NCBI GenBank assembly: GCA_965237675.1
Contig: OZ250150.1
Location: 1,920,001-1,984,000 of the forward strand
Source: Candidatus Latescibacterota bacterium
GTDB taxonomy: Bacteria > Latescibacterota > UBA2968 > GCA-2709665
Reading direction: 5' to 3'
Length of the DNA stretch: 64,000 nt
This document shows positions 42,269 through 52,093 of this stretch, one piece after another. Position numbers and translations under genes: made by a program. The notes under the pieces are model-generated. The model worked only from the letters and a program-made list of their open reading frames with translations. It made no database searches and was not told the DNA's origin. Every line of letters begins with the position of its first letter. The stretch's first letter is position 1.

Positions 42269-43984
42269 ATGCGTCAGATCGTGAAAATCATCAGATTGCT
42301 ACGTCCATACTGGCGGTTCATCTTCCAGTCCTTCCTGGTGGGCATTCTGGTCATGCTTTTGCAAATCCCGGGACCCTACATCACCAAAGTCCTGATCGAT
42401 GACGTGTATCCGCACAAAGACTTTACGCTTATGACCTTTGTTGTGATCCTTGCAGCGGCTATTTCTATCGGACTGGGGGTAACCGGGCTACTAAGCAATT
42501 ACTTTGGAGGCATTGTAGGTGTAAATATGGGTATGGATTTCAAGTCGCGATTCTACTCCCACGTCCAATCGCTCGATTTCAGCTTCTTCGATAACCGGCA
42601 AACCGGAGAGATTCTGTCCCGCTTCGGGGACATGGATAGTTCAATCGACAGTACGATCGGAATGGTAAACAGTCTGATCATGAACACGCTTCAATTGCTC
42701 ATTTTTCCTCCTATTCTGCTCTACATCAACTGGAAATTGGCGTTGCTCAGTCTCGTGGTGCTACCATTTGATACGGCATTGATTATGATCTCCAAGAAAT
42801 ACTTGAGCAGGGTCTCCAGAAAATTTACCGAAGCGTCCGCGGAGTTGTCAGCCAAATCTTACGAATCGATTTCCGGGATTCGAACCGTTCAGGCACTGGG
42901 ACTGGAGGGTGCATTTTACGACAAGCTCAGAAGCCATATTATGAGGGTTTCAAAACTGCGAATCAGCTCGACCCTGATGAGTGGAGGATTTGGCTTTGCC
43001 GGCTTGTTGGTGACAACGGCGGGAACGCTGGCTTACGGCTGGTATGGATGGACGCAGGTCCTCCAGGGAAATCTCTCTCTGGGTAGCTATATGGCGTTTT
43101 CGGCTTACGTCGGCTACCTCTACGGCCCAATCGGCAATCTCGTCGGACTTGTGGGGCAGGTCGAAATGGCGCTGGTTCGTATCAATCGATTCATTGAAAT
43201 CTATGAACTGAGACCTGAGATTCAGGATCGCCCCGACATGCCCGCGCTGCCGCAGGTACGAGGCGAAATCCGATTTCACGACGTTACATTCAGCTATCAA
43301 GAGGGGCAGCCGGTACTGCGGCGCATTGACCTGCATATTCCTGAAAAGGCCACAATCGCCCTGGTTGGCAAGAGCGGGTCCGGCAAATCGACCCTGGCCA
43401 AGTTAATTCCCAGATTCTATGATCCGCAAGAGGGTTATATATCGATAGATGGATACGATATTCGTCGCTACCGTCTGAAGTCCGTGCGACAGCAGGTGGG
43501 TTTTGCGATGCAGGGCAGCACGTTGTTTCAGGGAAGCATTTTGGATAACATCACGTTTGGTCTCGACATACCATTGAGAGACGTCCAGGAGGCCGCAAAA
43601 GCGGCATATATCCACGACTTTGTTTCCTCGTTACATGAAGGATATGACACCCTGGTTGGCGAACAGGGCGCCCAGATTTCGGAGGGTCAGAAACAGCGTA
43701 TCGCGTTAGCCCGAGTGCTGGTGATGGATACGCCTATCCTGATTCTGGATGAGCCCACCGCCGCGCTGGATCTGGAATCAGAGAACCACATTCGGAAAGC
43801 ATTGAAAACCGTTAGAGAAGGCAGAACGACAATCATCATTGCGCATCGGCTCTCCACGATCCGGAAAGCAGACGAAATCGTGGTGCTGGATGAAGGACAG
43901 GTCGTTGAGCGAGGCACGCACGAGAGGCTGGAGGTGCGAGATGGAGTTTATGCCCATTTGCAAGAGATATCCGCGAGCATATGA
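42269..43984 (+). CDS. ABC exporter (TMD + NBD), no C39 peptidase domain
   Basis: Several TM helices; FFDNRQTGEILSRF; GKSGSGKS; ISEGQKQR; ILILDE; IAHRL. Confidence 0.93.
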   Translation: MRQIVKIIRLLRPYWRFIFQSFLVGILVMLLQIPGPYITKVLIDDVYPHKDFTLMTFVVILAAAISIGLGVTGLLSNYFGGIVGVNMGMDFKSRFYSHVQSLDFSFFDNRQTGEILSRFGDMDSSIDSTIGMVNSLIMNTLQLLIFPPILLYINWKLALLSLVVLPFDTALIMISKKYLSRVSRKFTEASAELSAKSYESISGIRTVQALGLEGAFYDKLRSHIMRVSKLRISSTLMSGGFGFAGLLVTTAGTLAYGWYGWTQVLQGNLSLGSYMAFSAYVGYLYGPIGNLVGLVGQVEMALVRINRFIEIYELRPEIQDRPDMPALPQVRGEIRFHDVTFSYQEGQPVLRRIDLHIPEKATIALVGKSGSGKSTLAKLIPRFYDPQEGYISIDGYDIRRYRLKSVRQQVGFAMQGSTLFQGSILDNITFGLDIPLRDVQEAAKAAYIHDFVSSLHEGYDTLVGEQGAQISEGQKQRIALARVLVMDTPILILDEPTAALDLESENHIRKALKTVREGRTTIIIAHRLSTIRKADEIVVLDEGQVVERGTHERLEVRDGVYAHLQEISASI

Positions 43985-44032
43985 AAACGATTTGGCCTTC
44001 GGGGGCCCAACCTCTTCGAAAGGAGATCTATC

Positions 44033-44449
44033 ATGCGACTCTGCAAAAAACCCCTGCGTCATCGCGATTATGTGTATAAATTACACCCTGTAGAACCGTA
44101 TCACGATAATTGTCCGTGCACTGGTCACCAGGTCGTTGATTGGGTCGGCGAGCAAATAGAGGACGTTCAGGAAGTTGCCGAGGAAGCTGTCGAAGGGCTT
44201 AAGAATATGGCCCGCACGACATTGGACGCGCTTCGCTCTCCGGATGGGATGACGGTCATTAGTACACGTGTGCCGGGCGTAGGCGCCGAATTGGCCATAA
44301 AAGCTAAATTAACAATTGAAGCTAGGTCCAATAACCCGCCTCCGGGTTCCGCTCGTCCCGATTCCCAAATTGTGGTGATTCCTTTAGGGGGGTTTCCCAT
44401 AGGGTTCAGTATTAGGGGGGCTGTACCTGATTCTACAAACGGCGACTAA
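44033..44449 (+). CDS. 138-aa candidate exported substrate/precursor
   Basis: AAGGAG RBS; lies between the exporter and the CAAX protease; N-terminus MRLCKK...PVEPYHDNCPC. Confidence 0.7.
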   Translation: MRLCKKPLRHRDYVYKLHPVEPYHDNCPCTGHQVVDWVGEQIEDVQEVAEEAVEGLKNMARTTLDALRSPDGMTVISTRVPGVGAELAIKAKLTIEARSNNPPPGSARPDSQIVVIPLGGFPIGFSIRGAVPDSTNGD

Positions 44450-44500
44450 ATACGTCACTAAACTACCGATCGATTCATTGGCCCCCGAAGGCGATAAAGA

Positions 44501-45277
44501 ATGGACGAATTGAACTGCCAAAAAAGATCGAATTCCACACCCTGGCCGTCAGAGGTTGATGTTGGGTTTTGTCGGGGCGTGATTCTGACTATCGTCCTGT
44601 TCTTCATTTTTCATCTATTGTACGCTATTATGGATTCGCCCATGCGCATGATTTATTCTTTTTTTCATAAGCGTGGAATTACCGATTACAAATTTGGAAA
44701 GATCCTCAACCTCCATACTCAAGCATTCATTCTGGATTCACTGAAGCTCGCGATTACTTTTGTGATGGTTCAAAAGTTCGCGGGAATACGCATTAGAACA
44801 CTATTGAGTCATTCTTCAACCTCGCTCGTACAGAGTTCGAAGTGGGCCTTCATTGGAATTTGCTTATCGCTACCATCATCGGTCAATTGGTGGCGCGGAA
44901 ACTATGAAGATCCCTTCCTGTATGTCTGGATGGGGACGGCGGTCTCCTTCGTGGGAGGTGGCTTATTGGCGCCGGTACAGGAAGAAATCGTCCACAGGGG
45001 GATGTTTTTTCCCGCGCTCCTGAAGAAGGGAAGAATATCTGCGTATTTCTTTACCGTACTCTGGTTTGTATTTGGTCATGTTCCTTCATATTCAGAGTTG
45101 TTTTTTCACGGGAATATAGGACTAAACCTCCATAACTTCATCGTCTTTATTCTTATTGCCATAATTGCGGCGCATATTTACGAATCAACGGGAAACCTGA
45201 TTCTGTGCATAATCTTCCACGGCGCATACAATCTGACGCCGCCAGTCAACGCGTTTTTGAGTTATGTTATCGGATAG
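44501..45277 (+). CDS. CPBP (CAAX/Abi) intramembrane metalloprotease
   Basis: Multi-TM protein with EEIVHRG, FVFGH and IFHGAYN motifs intact. Confidence 0.88.
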   Translation: MDELNCQKRSNSTPWPSEVDVGFCRGVILTIVLFFIFHLLYAIMDSPMRMIYSFFHKRGITDYKFGKILNLHTQAFILDSLKLAITFVMVQKFAGIRIRTLLSHSSTSLVQSSKWAFIGICLSLPSSVNWWRGNYEDPFLYVWMGTAVSFVGGGLLAPVQEEIVHRGMFFPALLKKGRISAYFFTVLWFVFGHVPSYSELFFHGNIGLNLHNFIVFILIAIIAAHIYESTGNLILCIIFHGAYNLTPPVNAFLSYVIG

Positions 45278-45339
45278 TTGCAGATGATGACGTCTATAGA
45301 AATATGCCGTCGGAGGTTCGACAGGAATGGATCAACTGC

Positions 45340-46266
45340 ATGAAGTTCATTAAGACGGTCTTTACATGGATCGGGATAGTGGTCGGCGTCGTATTGGGCA
45401 GCATGATACTCTGGCCGTATCTGAACTATGGAAACGCCGAATACTGGCACAAGAAAGGCTCGCGCCTTCTCCGTAAGAAATCTTACGAACGCGCGCTGGA
45501 AGTATATGATCATCTGACTGCATTGGATTCAGGAGACGTTGACGCCTGGGACTCCAAGGCCGATATCCAGTACCGATTGAATCGGTACAGCGAAGCAATT
45601 GAGTCCTATGACCTGGTCCTCTCATTCGACCCAGACAACCATAACGTGGCGCTTCTAAAGGCACAGGCCCTTGGTCTGGCAGGACAATCTGAAGAAGCGA
45701 TTGGAGTATACGATCAGTTGCTCGAAGCCGGAGCCGATAATCCAGTAAGAATGACTGACGGCGAGAGTCCACCGCCTTCCTTTGAAATCTTGGTGCTGGA
45801 AGGCAAGGCAAACGAATTAATGAAATTACGCCGGTACGGCGAAGCGCTGATAGTCTACGACAACGCTATCCGTAAAGCGCCGCAGGACCCCATTTTGCGG
45901 AATGCCAGGTCCTGGCCGTTAATGTCGCTTAAGAGGTATAAGGATATCGTGAAGAATTCTGAATTCGCCCTGACAATGAACCCCGATTCTGCATTGGCTT
46001 CTCTTGCCTGGAACAATAAAGGCGCAGCTTTGTCTTCCTTAAAGCAATATAGCGATGCACTCGACGCGTATGATCGAGCGTTTCAGCTTAAGCCGGATAA
46101 CGCCCTGGTATGGTACAATCGCGCCCGTGTCCACGCGATGATGGGCAGCCAGGATTCCGCCGTTTCCTACTTAAGGACGGCTATTGAATTGAATCCTGCT
46201 CTCAAAGGAAGTTTCCAGGAAGATGAGGTTCTTCAGTCGCTGAAGGACCTGGCCATTTTCAAATAA
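45340..46266 (+). CDS. Membrane-anchored TPR protein
   Basis: N-terminal TM helix; TPRs such as AWNNKGAAL...ALDAYDRAFQLKP and VWYNRARVHA...AIELNP. Confidence 0.88.
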   Translation: MKFIKTVFTWIGIVVGVVLGSMILWPYLNYGNAEYWHKKGSRLLRKKSYERALEVYDHLTALDSGDVDAWDSKADIQYRLNRYSEAIESYDLVLSFDPDNHNVALLKAQALGLAGQSEEAIGVYDQLLEAGADNPVRMTDGESPPPSFEILVLEGKANELMKLRRYGEALIVYDNAIRKAPQDPILRNARSWPLMSLKRYKDIVKNSEFALTMNPDSALASLAWNNKGAALSSLKQYSDALDAYDRAFQLKPDNALVWYNRARVHAMMGSQDSAVSYLRTAIELNPALKGSFQEDEVLQSLKDLAIFK

Positions 46267-46272
46267 ATCCGA

Positions 46273-48177
46273 ATGTCGAAACCTATCACGCAGAAACAAA
46301 ACAACACGGGCGACCAACAGTTCGTAAGGGTCGCAATTGTCGACAGCGGCATCGAACTGTCCCATCCGGATATCGGGGAAATTTCGGGCGGTGTCGGCAT
46401 CTCGATTCATGAAGATGGGCATCCTGTCTATTCTACGGATTTCGCCGATTCTTTAGGACATGGCACTGCGTGTGCCGGAATTATCCGAAAAAAGGCGCAC
46501 GAGTCGGATATCTATAGTGTCCGGATTCTTGATGCCTCTATGATTGCAGATGGGCGTGCGCTGGTTGCCGCAATTCAATGGTGCATTGACAGCAAGATGG
46601 ATGTTGTGAATCTGAGTCTGGGCACGACCGATGTGACGTTTAAGGCGTGTCTACAGGAAGTGTGTCGCAAAGCGGCTGATGCGGGCGTGATTCTCGTGGG
46701 AGCACAGAACAACGCGGGGACGGAGAGTTTTCCGGCGGTGTTTCCCGAAGTAATCGGTGTGGCGGGTGGCCCAATTCGGGATTCGGGCGAGTTTTATTTC
46801 CGTAGGGAGAACCTCATCGAGTGTGTTGCCAGGGGCGATGAACAACGCGTATGTTGTTTAAATGGAAGCCACACAGTTGCCAGGGGAAACAGTTTTGCGG
46901 CATCCCATATTTCTGCGATCGTCGCGTGCCTGTTGAAACAGCATCCGAATTGCTCTATTCAGGATATTCGTCTATTGCTGCAGGAAAGAGCATCGAAGGT
47001 AATTCCGACAGGCAGGCACACATACGGGGCCGGACCGGAAGAACCCCGCCGGGTTTCTCAAGACGACACCTCGTGGATCAAGAAAGCAGTCTTGTACCCA
47101 TATAACAAAAGAATGCACAATCTATTGCGCTATAGGCATTTACTCAGCTTTGATATCGTTGCCGTCTGCAACGGTATGGGTAAAGGGTCGATGGATGGAG
47201 ATGCTGGAGACGAGATTGACAAGCCTGGCGCACTCAAATGTCCGAGCGGAAACATCCGCAGGGCATTGGCCGGCGCGGATACCCTCATTCTGGGCTGCGT
47301 GGAACAACGTAACGAAATTCATAGGCGGGATGTGCTCAGGGAATATGTGCAACTATCACTTGAGGAAGGATGCCATCTATTCAGTTTCCAGACCATCGAT
47401 CCGACCGTTTACGGCGATCTGTATGGGACTGCGGACCAAAAGGGTTTGCGTCTGGTCTCTCCTTGCATTTCAGAAAAAGAAAAAGCGTATGCAATCCGTA
47501 ATTTTAATGAGTTACCGCAGGTGGATGTACCCGTCGTATGCATTGCAGGTACGAGCGCGGATCAGGGCAAGTTTACGCTGCAAGTCGCGATGAGCAGAAG
47601 GCTGATTCAGGAAGGATATCGCGTTGGACAATTGGGCACACAGGTTCACGCGAGGTTATTCGGTATGGATGGGATGTTTCCGATGGGTGACGCATTTCCA
47701 CGGAATGTTTCAATAGGACAATTGGTTCCGTACGTGGAATACATGATGCGAGAGATTTGCGTGAGTAAACGGCCAGACATCATTCTTACGGGCTCTCGAA
47801 ATGGCACCGTACCGTTCCATTTAGTAGAACACGGCGCCCATTGTCTGTCTTCGCTTGCGTTTTTGCTGGGGGTAAGGCCTGATGCATGTGTGTTGGTGGT
47901 CAACAGCATCGACCCAATGGAGTACATTCGCGACACAATTGACGGGATACGCGCGATATGCAAGGCGCCCACCTTGGCGCTCGCGATGGGAAGTCGTGAA
48001 AAACACATTGGCGCCGCCTTTAACAGCAATAGCAGTTCAAGGGAAATCGCACCTGCCGTCGTTAGCGATCATCTGAAAAACCTGGAAGACATGTTTCAAT
48101 TGCCTGCTGTAGCGATCCTTTCGGATACCGACCAGCAGCGTCTTGCTGAGACCGTAATTCAGCATTTCTCAAGTTGA
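46273..48177 (+). CDS. S8 subtilisin-like protease fused to a TIGR04066/DUF1611-like P-loop domain
   Basis: Catalytic triad VAIVDSG, GHGTACAG, GNSFAA; C-terminal DVPVVCIAGTSADQGKFTLQ...GYRVGQLGT...PDIILTGS...RPDACVLVVN; no signal peptide. Confidence 0.85.
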   Translation: MSKPITQKQNNTGDQQFVRVAIVDSGIELSHPDIGEISGGVGISIHEDGHPVYSTDFADSLGHGTACAGIIRKKAHESDIYSVRILDASMIADGRALVAAIQWCIDSKMDVVNLSLGTTDVTFKACLQEVCRKAADAGVILVGAQNNAGTESFPAVFPEVIGVAGGPIRDSGEFYFRRENLIECVARGDEQRVCCLNGSHTVARGNSFAASHISAIVACLLKQHPNCSIQDIRLLLQERASKVIPTGRHTYGAGPEEPRRVSQDDTSWIKKAVLYPYNKRMHNLLRYRHLLSFDIVAVCNGMGKGSMDGDAGDEIDKPGALKCPSGNIRRALAGADTLILGCVEQRNEIHRRDVLREYVQLSLEEGCHLFSFQTIDPTVYGDLYGTADQKGLRLVSPCISEKEKAYAIRNFNELPQVDVPVVCIAGTSADQGKFTLQVAMSRRLIQEGYRVGQLGTQVHARLFGMDGMFPMGDAFPRNVSIGQLVPYVEYMMREICVSKRPDIILTGSRNGTVPFHLVEHGAHCLSSLAFLLGVRPDACVLVVNSIDPMEYIRDTIDGIRAICKAPTLALAMGSREKHIGAAFNSNSSSREIAPAVVSDHLKNLEDMFQLPAVAILSDTDQQRLAETVIQHFSS

Positions 48178-48208
48178 TAGGCGCCTTTGGCTATCATATA
48201 GACGCCAA

Positions 48209-48279
48209 ACGTGCCGACATAAAGTGAAATCACTTTCCCACCGAGTTTAATACAGTAAATTGGGCGGAGAGGAGAGCAT
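48209..48279 (+). repeat. Short copy of the IS3-like left end
   Basis: acgtgccgacataaagtgaaatcac...ccgagtttaatacagtaaattgggcggagagg aligns with 33653-33720. Confidence 0.6.
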
Positions 48280-48730
48280 CAAATGACAGCGTTTCAATTG
48301 CTGGCAACACCGCCGCCTCTGTCTACGAAATTTAAGGACATCGTACAACGACTCCATCTTTATCTATAGACGAAGCAAAAGAGAAAGGCACGACGGCTTT
48401 GCGCGAGAGCAAACGACCATCAGGGCGGTCTGCAGGAGACGCGCAAGCGGATGCGTACACAACGATTCGTTTCCGGCATTGCTGCTATTTCCGGTCCTGT
48501 GCACACATCGAAGCAAGCCTTTTGAAGGCCGAGAGTTGGGGGCCATGTTTCAGATGTTTCAATATTGAGTCTCCTCCGAAAAGTCAAAATCCACTCTGAC
48601 GAGGTCCAAGTTGGTGTTTCACTCAGAAGTAAATCAAAATCATACTTGATATAACACTATGATATATAATGATTTATGGGGATATGGCTTTTGTTGAAAA
48701 TGGCCGTTCCTGATCCAAATTGGAAGAAAA

Positions 48731-49290
48731 TCACGCGAATCTCACTTTTCGGAGTGGACTCAATATTACCTGGCTGCATTCTTCCGGACTCATCTTCGCG
48801 GTATCGACTTCAAGGTCGTAGATTCCGGGTCTGTGCACCTCGCGATTCCATCGATGCACCCGATAAGGCGGGGGCGTGCCAACCCGAATTTCCTGCTCCT
48901 TGAGCCACGTGTTACGCCGTCGTTCCCAAACGATATCGACAGGGCAACGCACGCCGACGAACAGGACGGGCAACCCTTCCATACGGCGCGCACAATCGCA
49001 CAGGACTCCTTGAGGACTTGCGTAGTCGTCATGATGGCCGACGTCGGTAACGACATTCAAACCCAGACGACTGTGTGCCGCAATCGACTCATACATCGCT
49101 GCGTACATTACCGGTACCATAGGTTCGATTTTCTTTCTTTGTGCAAAAGGTTTTTCTTCCATTTTCTCAATCCCGGCCGGACGAAGCCCGACCCCTGGCC
49201 GGTACTGCTTCGGTGTAATGCGTATATATCGATCTGCGCCCACGTTCATCCACAATTCGTCCGAAACTTCCTGGATCGCGGCAGCCGAAA
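48731..49290 (-). pseudogene. 5'-truncated chloramphenicol phosphotransferase-like protein
   Basis: AAAIQ...WMNVGAD...MYESIAAHSRLGLNVVTD...VLFVGVRCP...YDLEVDT. The N-terminal P-loop is absent and replaced by unrelated sequence. Confidence 0.7.
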
Positions 49291-49695
49291 ACAAATTCCT
49301 GCTGGAAAGACTCCCTCCGGAAGCCTTGGTCTTCGAAGAAAATGTAAAATGAAGAATGTGGAGGTTTTTATGCAGAAACAGGAGATGCTGCAAGTCCAAG
49401 AGGCCGGCGAGGGCGAGGGGTGCCCGGAGGCATCTCAGAAGCAAATCGAAAACGATAGATTCCAAATTCCAGACACGATGGAAAACGTCGCCCGCGTCTT
49501 GGGCGGCCGCCCCCCGGAGATCAAACAGGAAGATCGGGACTAACAGATAATTAATCGGAGATATGTCAGTTTCTTCACTATCATCCCGGTAAACAAAGTG
49601 CGCATACCGTCCAGGTTGTGTTTTGCCTATTTCAAAGTGAGACAATCGGCGTGTTTTTGCAAGTGAGAGCCGTAGATGATGGAGGAGGCGATATT

Positions 49696-49914
49696 ATGGG
49701 TCTTGCGTTTGTTGACGGGGCAAAGAGGCTGATTGACCGAGTAATAAGAGGCGAGCGTCTTGAAGATCGGGTTGATGAGGTTGCTGACGAATCATGGGAG
49801 CACCAGCGCGGTGCTGAGCTTTATCGTGATTATAAGGATGGCAAGATCGAGATTATGTCGGCCGACGAGACCAAAGAATTCGTGCAGGACTTGAAGAAGA
49901 AGCGGTCATCATAG
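49696..49914 (+). CDS. Small antitoxin-like protein (72 aa)
   Basis: GGAGGAGG RBS; C-terminal DYKDGKIEIMSADE resembles addiction-module antitoxins; overlaps a toxin-like start by 1 nt. Confidence 0.5.
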   Translation: MGLAFVDGAKRLIDRVIRGERLEDRVDEVADESWEHQRGAELYRDYKDGKIEIMSADETKEFVQDLKKKRSS

Positions 49915-49970
49915 TGGCTGATTATCGGCTTTCAAAGGCTGAATGCAAGGCAAAAAAAAGGAACCGTTGA
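49914..49970 (+). pseudogene. ParE/RelE-like toxin N-terminal stub
   Basis: GTG overlapping the upstream TAG gives MADYRLSKAE..., ending after 18 codons. Confidence 0.35.
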
Positions 49971-50043
49971 CGAGGTTATAGACGGAATGGGACCCAGCCT
50001 CGTGCTGTTCCTAAGCGATCTCACGACTTTCTGGTAACTTTGA

Positions 50044-50439
50044 CTACCCTTCACTGGGTCGCATACGGACGATATCTCCGGTCCGGATGGTCGCGAGTGG
50101 GTCGGGTTCCAGTTCGTGCATCAGCGCCACGTTCGCCAGCACCGCGCCCTGCACCATCACGGGGTTGGTGCTCCCGAAAATAAATCCCGCCGGGCAGGTT
50201 TCCCGCGCCACCATATCCAGCATCATCCAGGAGGTGGCCACGCCGCCCTTGGACGTGCGGAACACAACGATTTTTCCAGTGATCGACTGCCCATAGAGCG
50301 GGTGCGTCTCACGGCTGATGACACCCCTGTACCGGTCGTAGTCGTACCGGGCGCTGAAGCCTTCGTCGCATACCAATGCGACGCCTTCCGCGTCAGGTCC
50401 GACGCCCGGATGTCCGCGCAGCACAGTGGTCTCGGTCAT
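50044..50439 (-). CDS. Aconitase X swiveling subunit (DUF126), last residues possibly missing
   Basis: AEGVALV...HPLYGQSITGKIVVF..SKGG...IRTGD; adjacent to a DUF521 gene. Confidence 0.85.
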   Translation of the reverse strand: MTETTVLRGHPGVGPDAEGVALVCDEGFSARYDYDRYRGVISRETHPLYGQSITGKIVVFRTSKGGVATSWMMLDMVARETCPAGFIFGSTNPVMVQGAVLANVALMHELEPDPLATIRTGDIVRMRPSEG

Positions 50440-50501
50440 CGCCCTTTCCTTCGGCTGCACGGATAAGTGCAACGAGCGGGAAACCCCATGGAGTCAGTCG
50501 T

Positions 50502-51740
50502 TCATCCGACTTTTCCCGTCACCGCAGCATCCACGCACGTTTCCACCGGCCGGAATACCGGGTTGTATCCGTAGCCCGAGATGATATTCGCCAGTTTCGC
50601 CGAATTCGTCACCAGCGTTCGGTACTGAAACCGCTCCCGCAGCAGCCGGGCGTTCATAATATAGAAACAGACCCCGCTGAGGATCTTTCCGCCTGCCGTT
50701 TCCACGATTTCCGTGTACCCCATTCGATCCGCCAGCGTTTTGATCTGATAGTTGGTGGTCAGATAGAGCGTCGTGTTTGGGTGCACCCGCCTGCCCTTCA
50801 ACAGTTCGGTAATCGTTTGCAGCTGAAACAGGGACAGCTGCGGCGTGCCGCACACCACAAGGTCCACGGCTTCCTCTTCCGGCTGGAAGGAATCGTACGC
50901 TTCCTGGAGCATCCCTGGCGATACCACGATCGTCTCATCCGGTTTTCGACCCCCGTATGCCTCGTCCGCCGTCCGGGCTTCGGGCGTCACACCCACCATA
51001 TGGAACATCGCCAGCGACCCGAAACTGGCCAGCGCGGCCCCCAGATGTTTCAGATCGTCGATGGACGGCGCCACCTTCACGCCCTCAAATACCGGTACCT
51101 GCCAGTAGTCGCCCACCTGCCGCCCGACCACACAGCCAAGCGCCCCCCAATCGCTGTTCGACCGGGGCTGATCGGCCACCACCACGCGTACGGACCCCCA
51201 TCGCTTTTCAGGCAGATGGTACCCATAACGCGGAACCCGGCCGGTGAGCCCGGCCCAGACGGCCGCGGGCCCCGCCTCGAAATTGGACCTGGCGCCGGCA
51301 ACCGAGTTCGCAAAGATCACCGTGCCCGTATCGCCCCATCCCAGGTGTTCGCCGAACCTGGGAGGGTCCACGGTCTGATAATTGATGCAGGTGTTGCATG
51401 GGAGTGCGCCCATCGCCGTCAACGCATCCACGATGCGGCGCTCTTTGATCACCTCCTCCTCTTCCTGTCCCACCTCCCTCCAGAGCGAGAAATCCACACT
51501 TCTCGGATTGGTGGTGACCGGGACTCGGAAACGTCCGCCCCGCGCCGCTGTTTCTTCCAGAAACCGGAGCCCCGGATCCGCAAGTGCCTCGATATCAGCC
51601 ATCACGTGCACGGTTCGTACCGGCACGAAGTCAGCCGCACGAAAGAACGACCCCACCTTCATCTGTTTCGCCAGGGCCTCCCCCGCCGCTTCGCCCATCT
51701 CTCCGGCCAGCATCGCCTTCTCTTCTCGTGTCAGCTTCAT
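50502..51740 (-). CDS. Aconitase X catalytic subunit (DUF521)
   Basis: MKLTREEKAMLAGEMGEA; TCINY; FANSVAGARSN; LTGRVPRYG; MFHMVGVTPEA; TNSAK. Confidence 0.92.
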   Translation of the reverse strand: MKLTREEKAMLAGEMGEAAGEALAKQMKVGSFFRAADFVPVRTVHVMADIEALADPGLRFLEETAARGGRFRVPVTTNPRSVDFSLWREVGQEEEEVIKERRIVDALTAMGALPCNTCINYQTVDPPRFGEHLGWGDTGTVIFANSVAGARSNFEAGPAAVWAGLTGRVPRYGYHLPEKRWGSVRVVVADQPRSNSDWGALGCVVGRQVGDYWQVPVFEGVKVAPSIDDLKHLGAALASFGSLAMFHMVGVTPEARTADEAYGGRKPDETIVVSPGMLQEAYDSFQPEEEAVDLVVCGTPQLSLFQLQTITELLKGRRVHPNTTLYLTTNYQIKTLADRMGYTEIVETAGGKILSGVCFYIMNARLLRERFQYRTLVTNSAKLANIISGYGYNPVFRPVETCVDAAVTGKVG

Positions 51741-51827
51741 GGGGGTCTCCGAAAACCTTCGACATTGCGGAAAAAGGAGAAAACACGCTTACAGTCGTCA
51801 GCGATTGCGAACAAGCGATCGGACGAG

Positions 51828-51983
51828 ACCTACCCCCTAACCCCCTTCCGGAGCGGAAGGGGGAACTCGGAACGGTTGAATCCATTTCGATGGACGAAAG
51901 AATCCAGGTGAAATATCGTAATCGGTCAAACCCTGGTTCTGCTCCCCCTCTCCCCGAGGGAGAGGGGGCCGGGGGGAGAGGTC
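51828..51983. repeat. Pair of GC-rich REP-like palindromes in opposite orientation
   Basis: CCCCCTTCC-ggagc-GGAAGGGGG (about 51841-51863) and CCCCCTCTCC-ccgag-GGAGAGGGGG (about 51944-51968), with mirrored flanks. Confidence 0.7.
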
Positions 51984-52093
51984 ACGGCGCTGACGTCCGT
52001 GATTGACGGCGCCAGGCCCTATCGATGTCCGGTGGGGCGTGGTGTGGCCTTCTCCCGTCTCCCGTCTTACGTCTCCCCGTTTGCAGCTAACAG

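Noticed and set aside
48731-49645. 304-aa ORF as one real protein
   Set aside because: Chimeric read-through; only the part below about 49290 resembles a known family.
50376-51911. 511-aa plus-strand ORF
   Set aside because: Antisense shadow of aconitase X.
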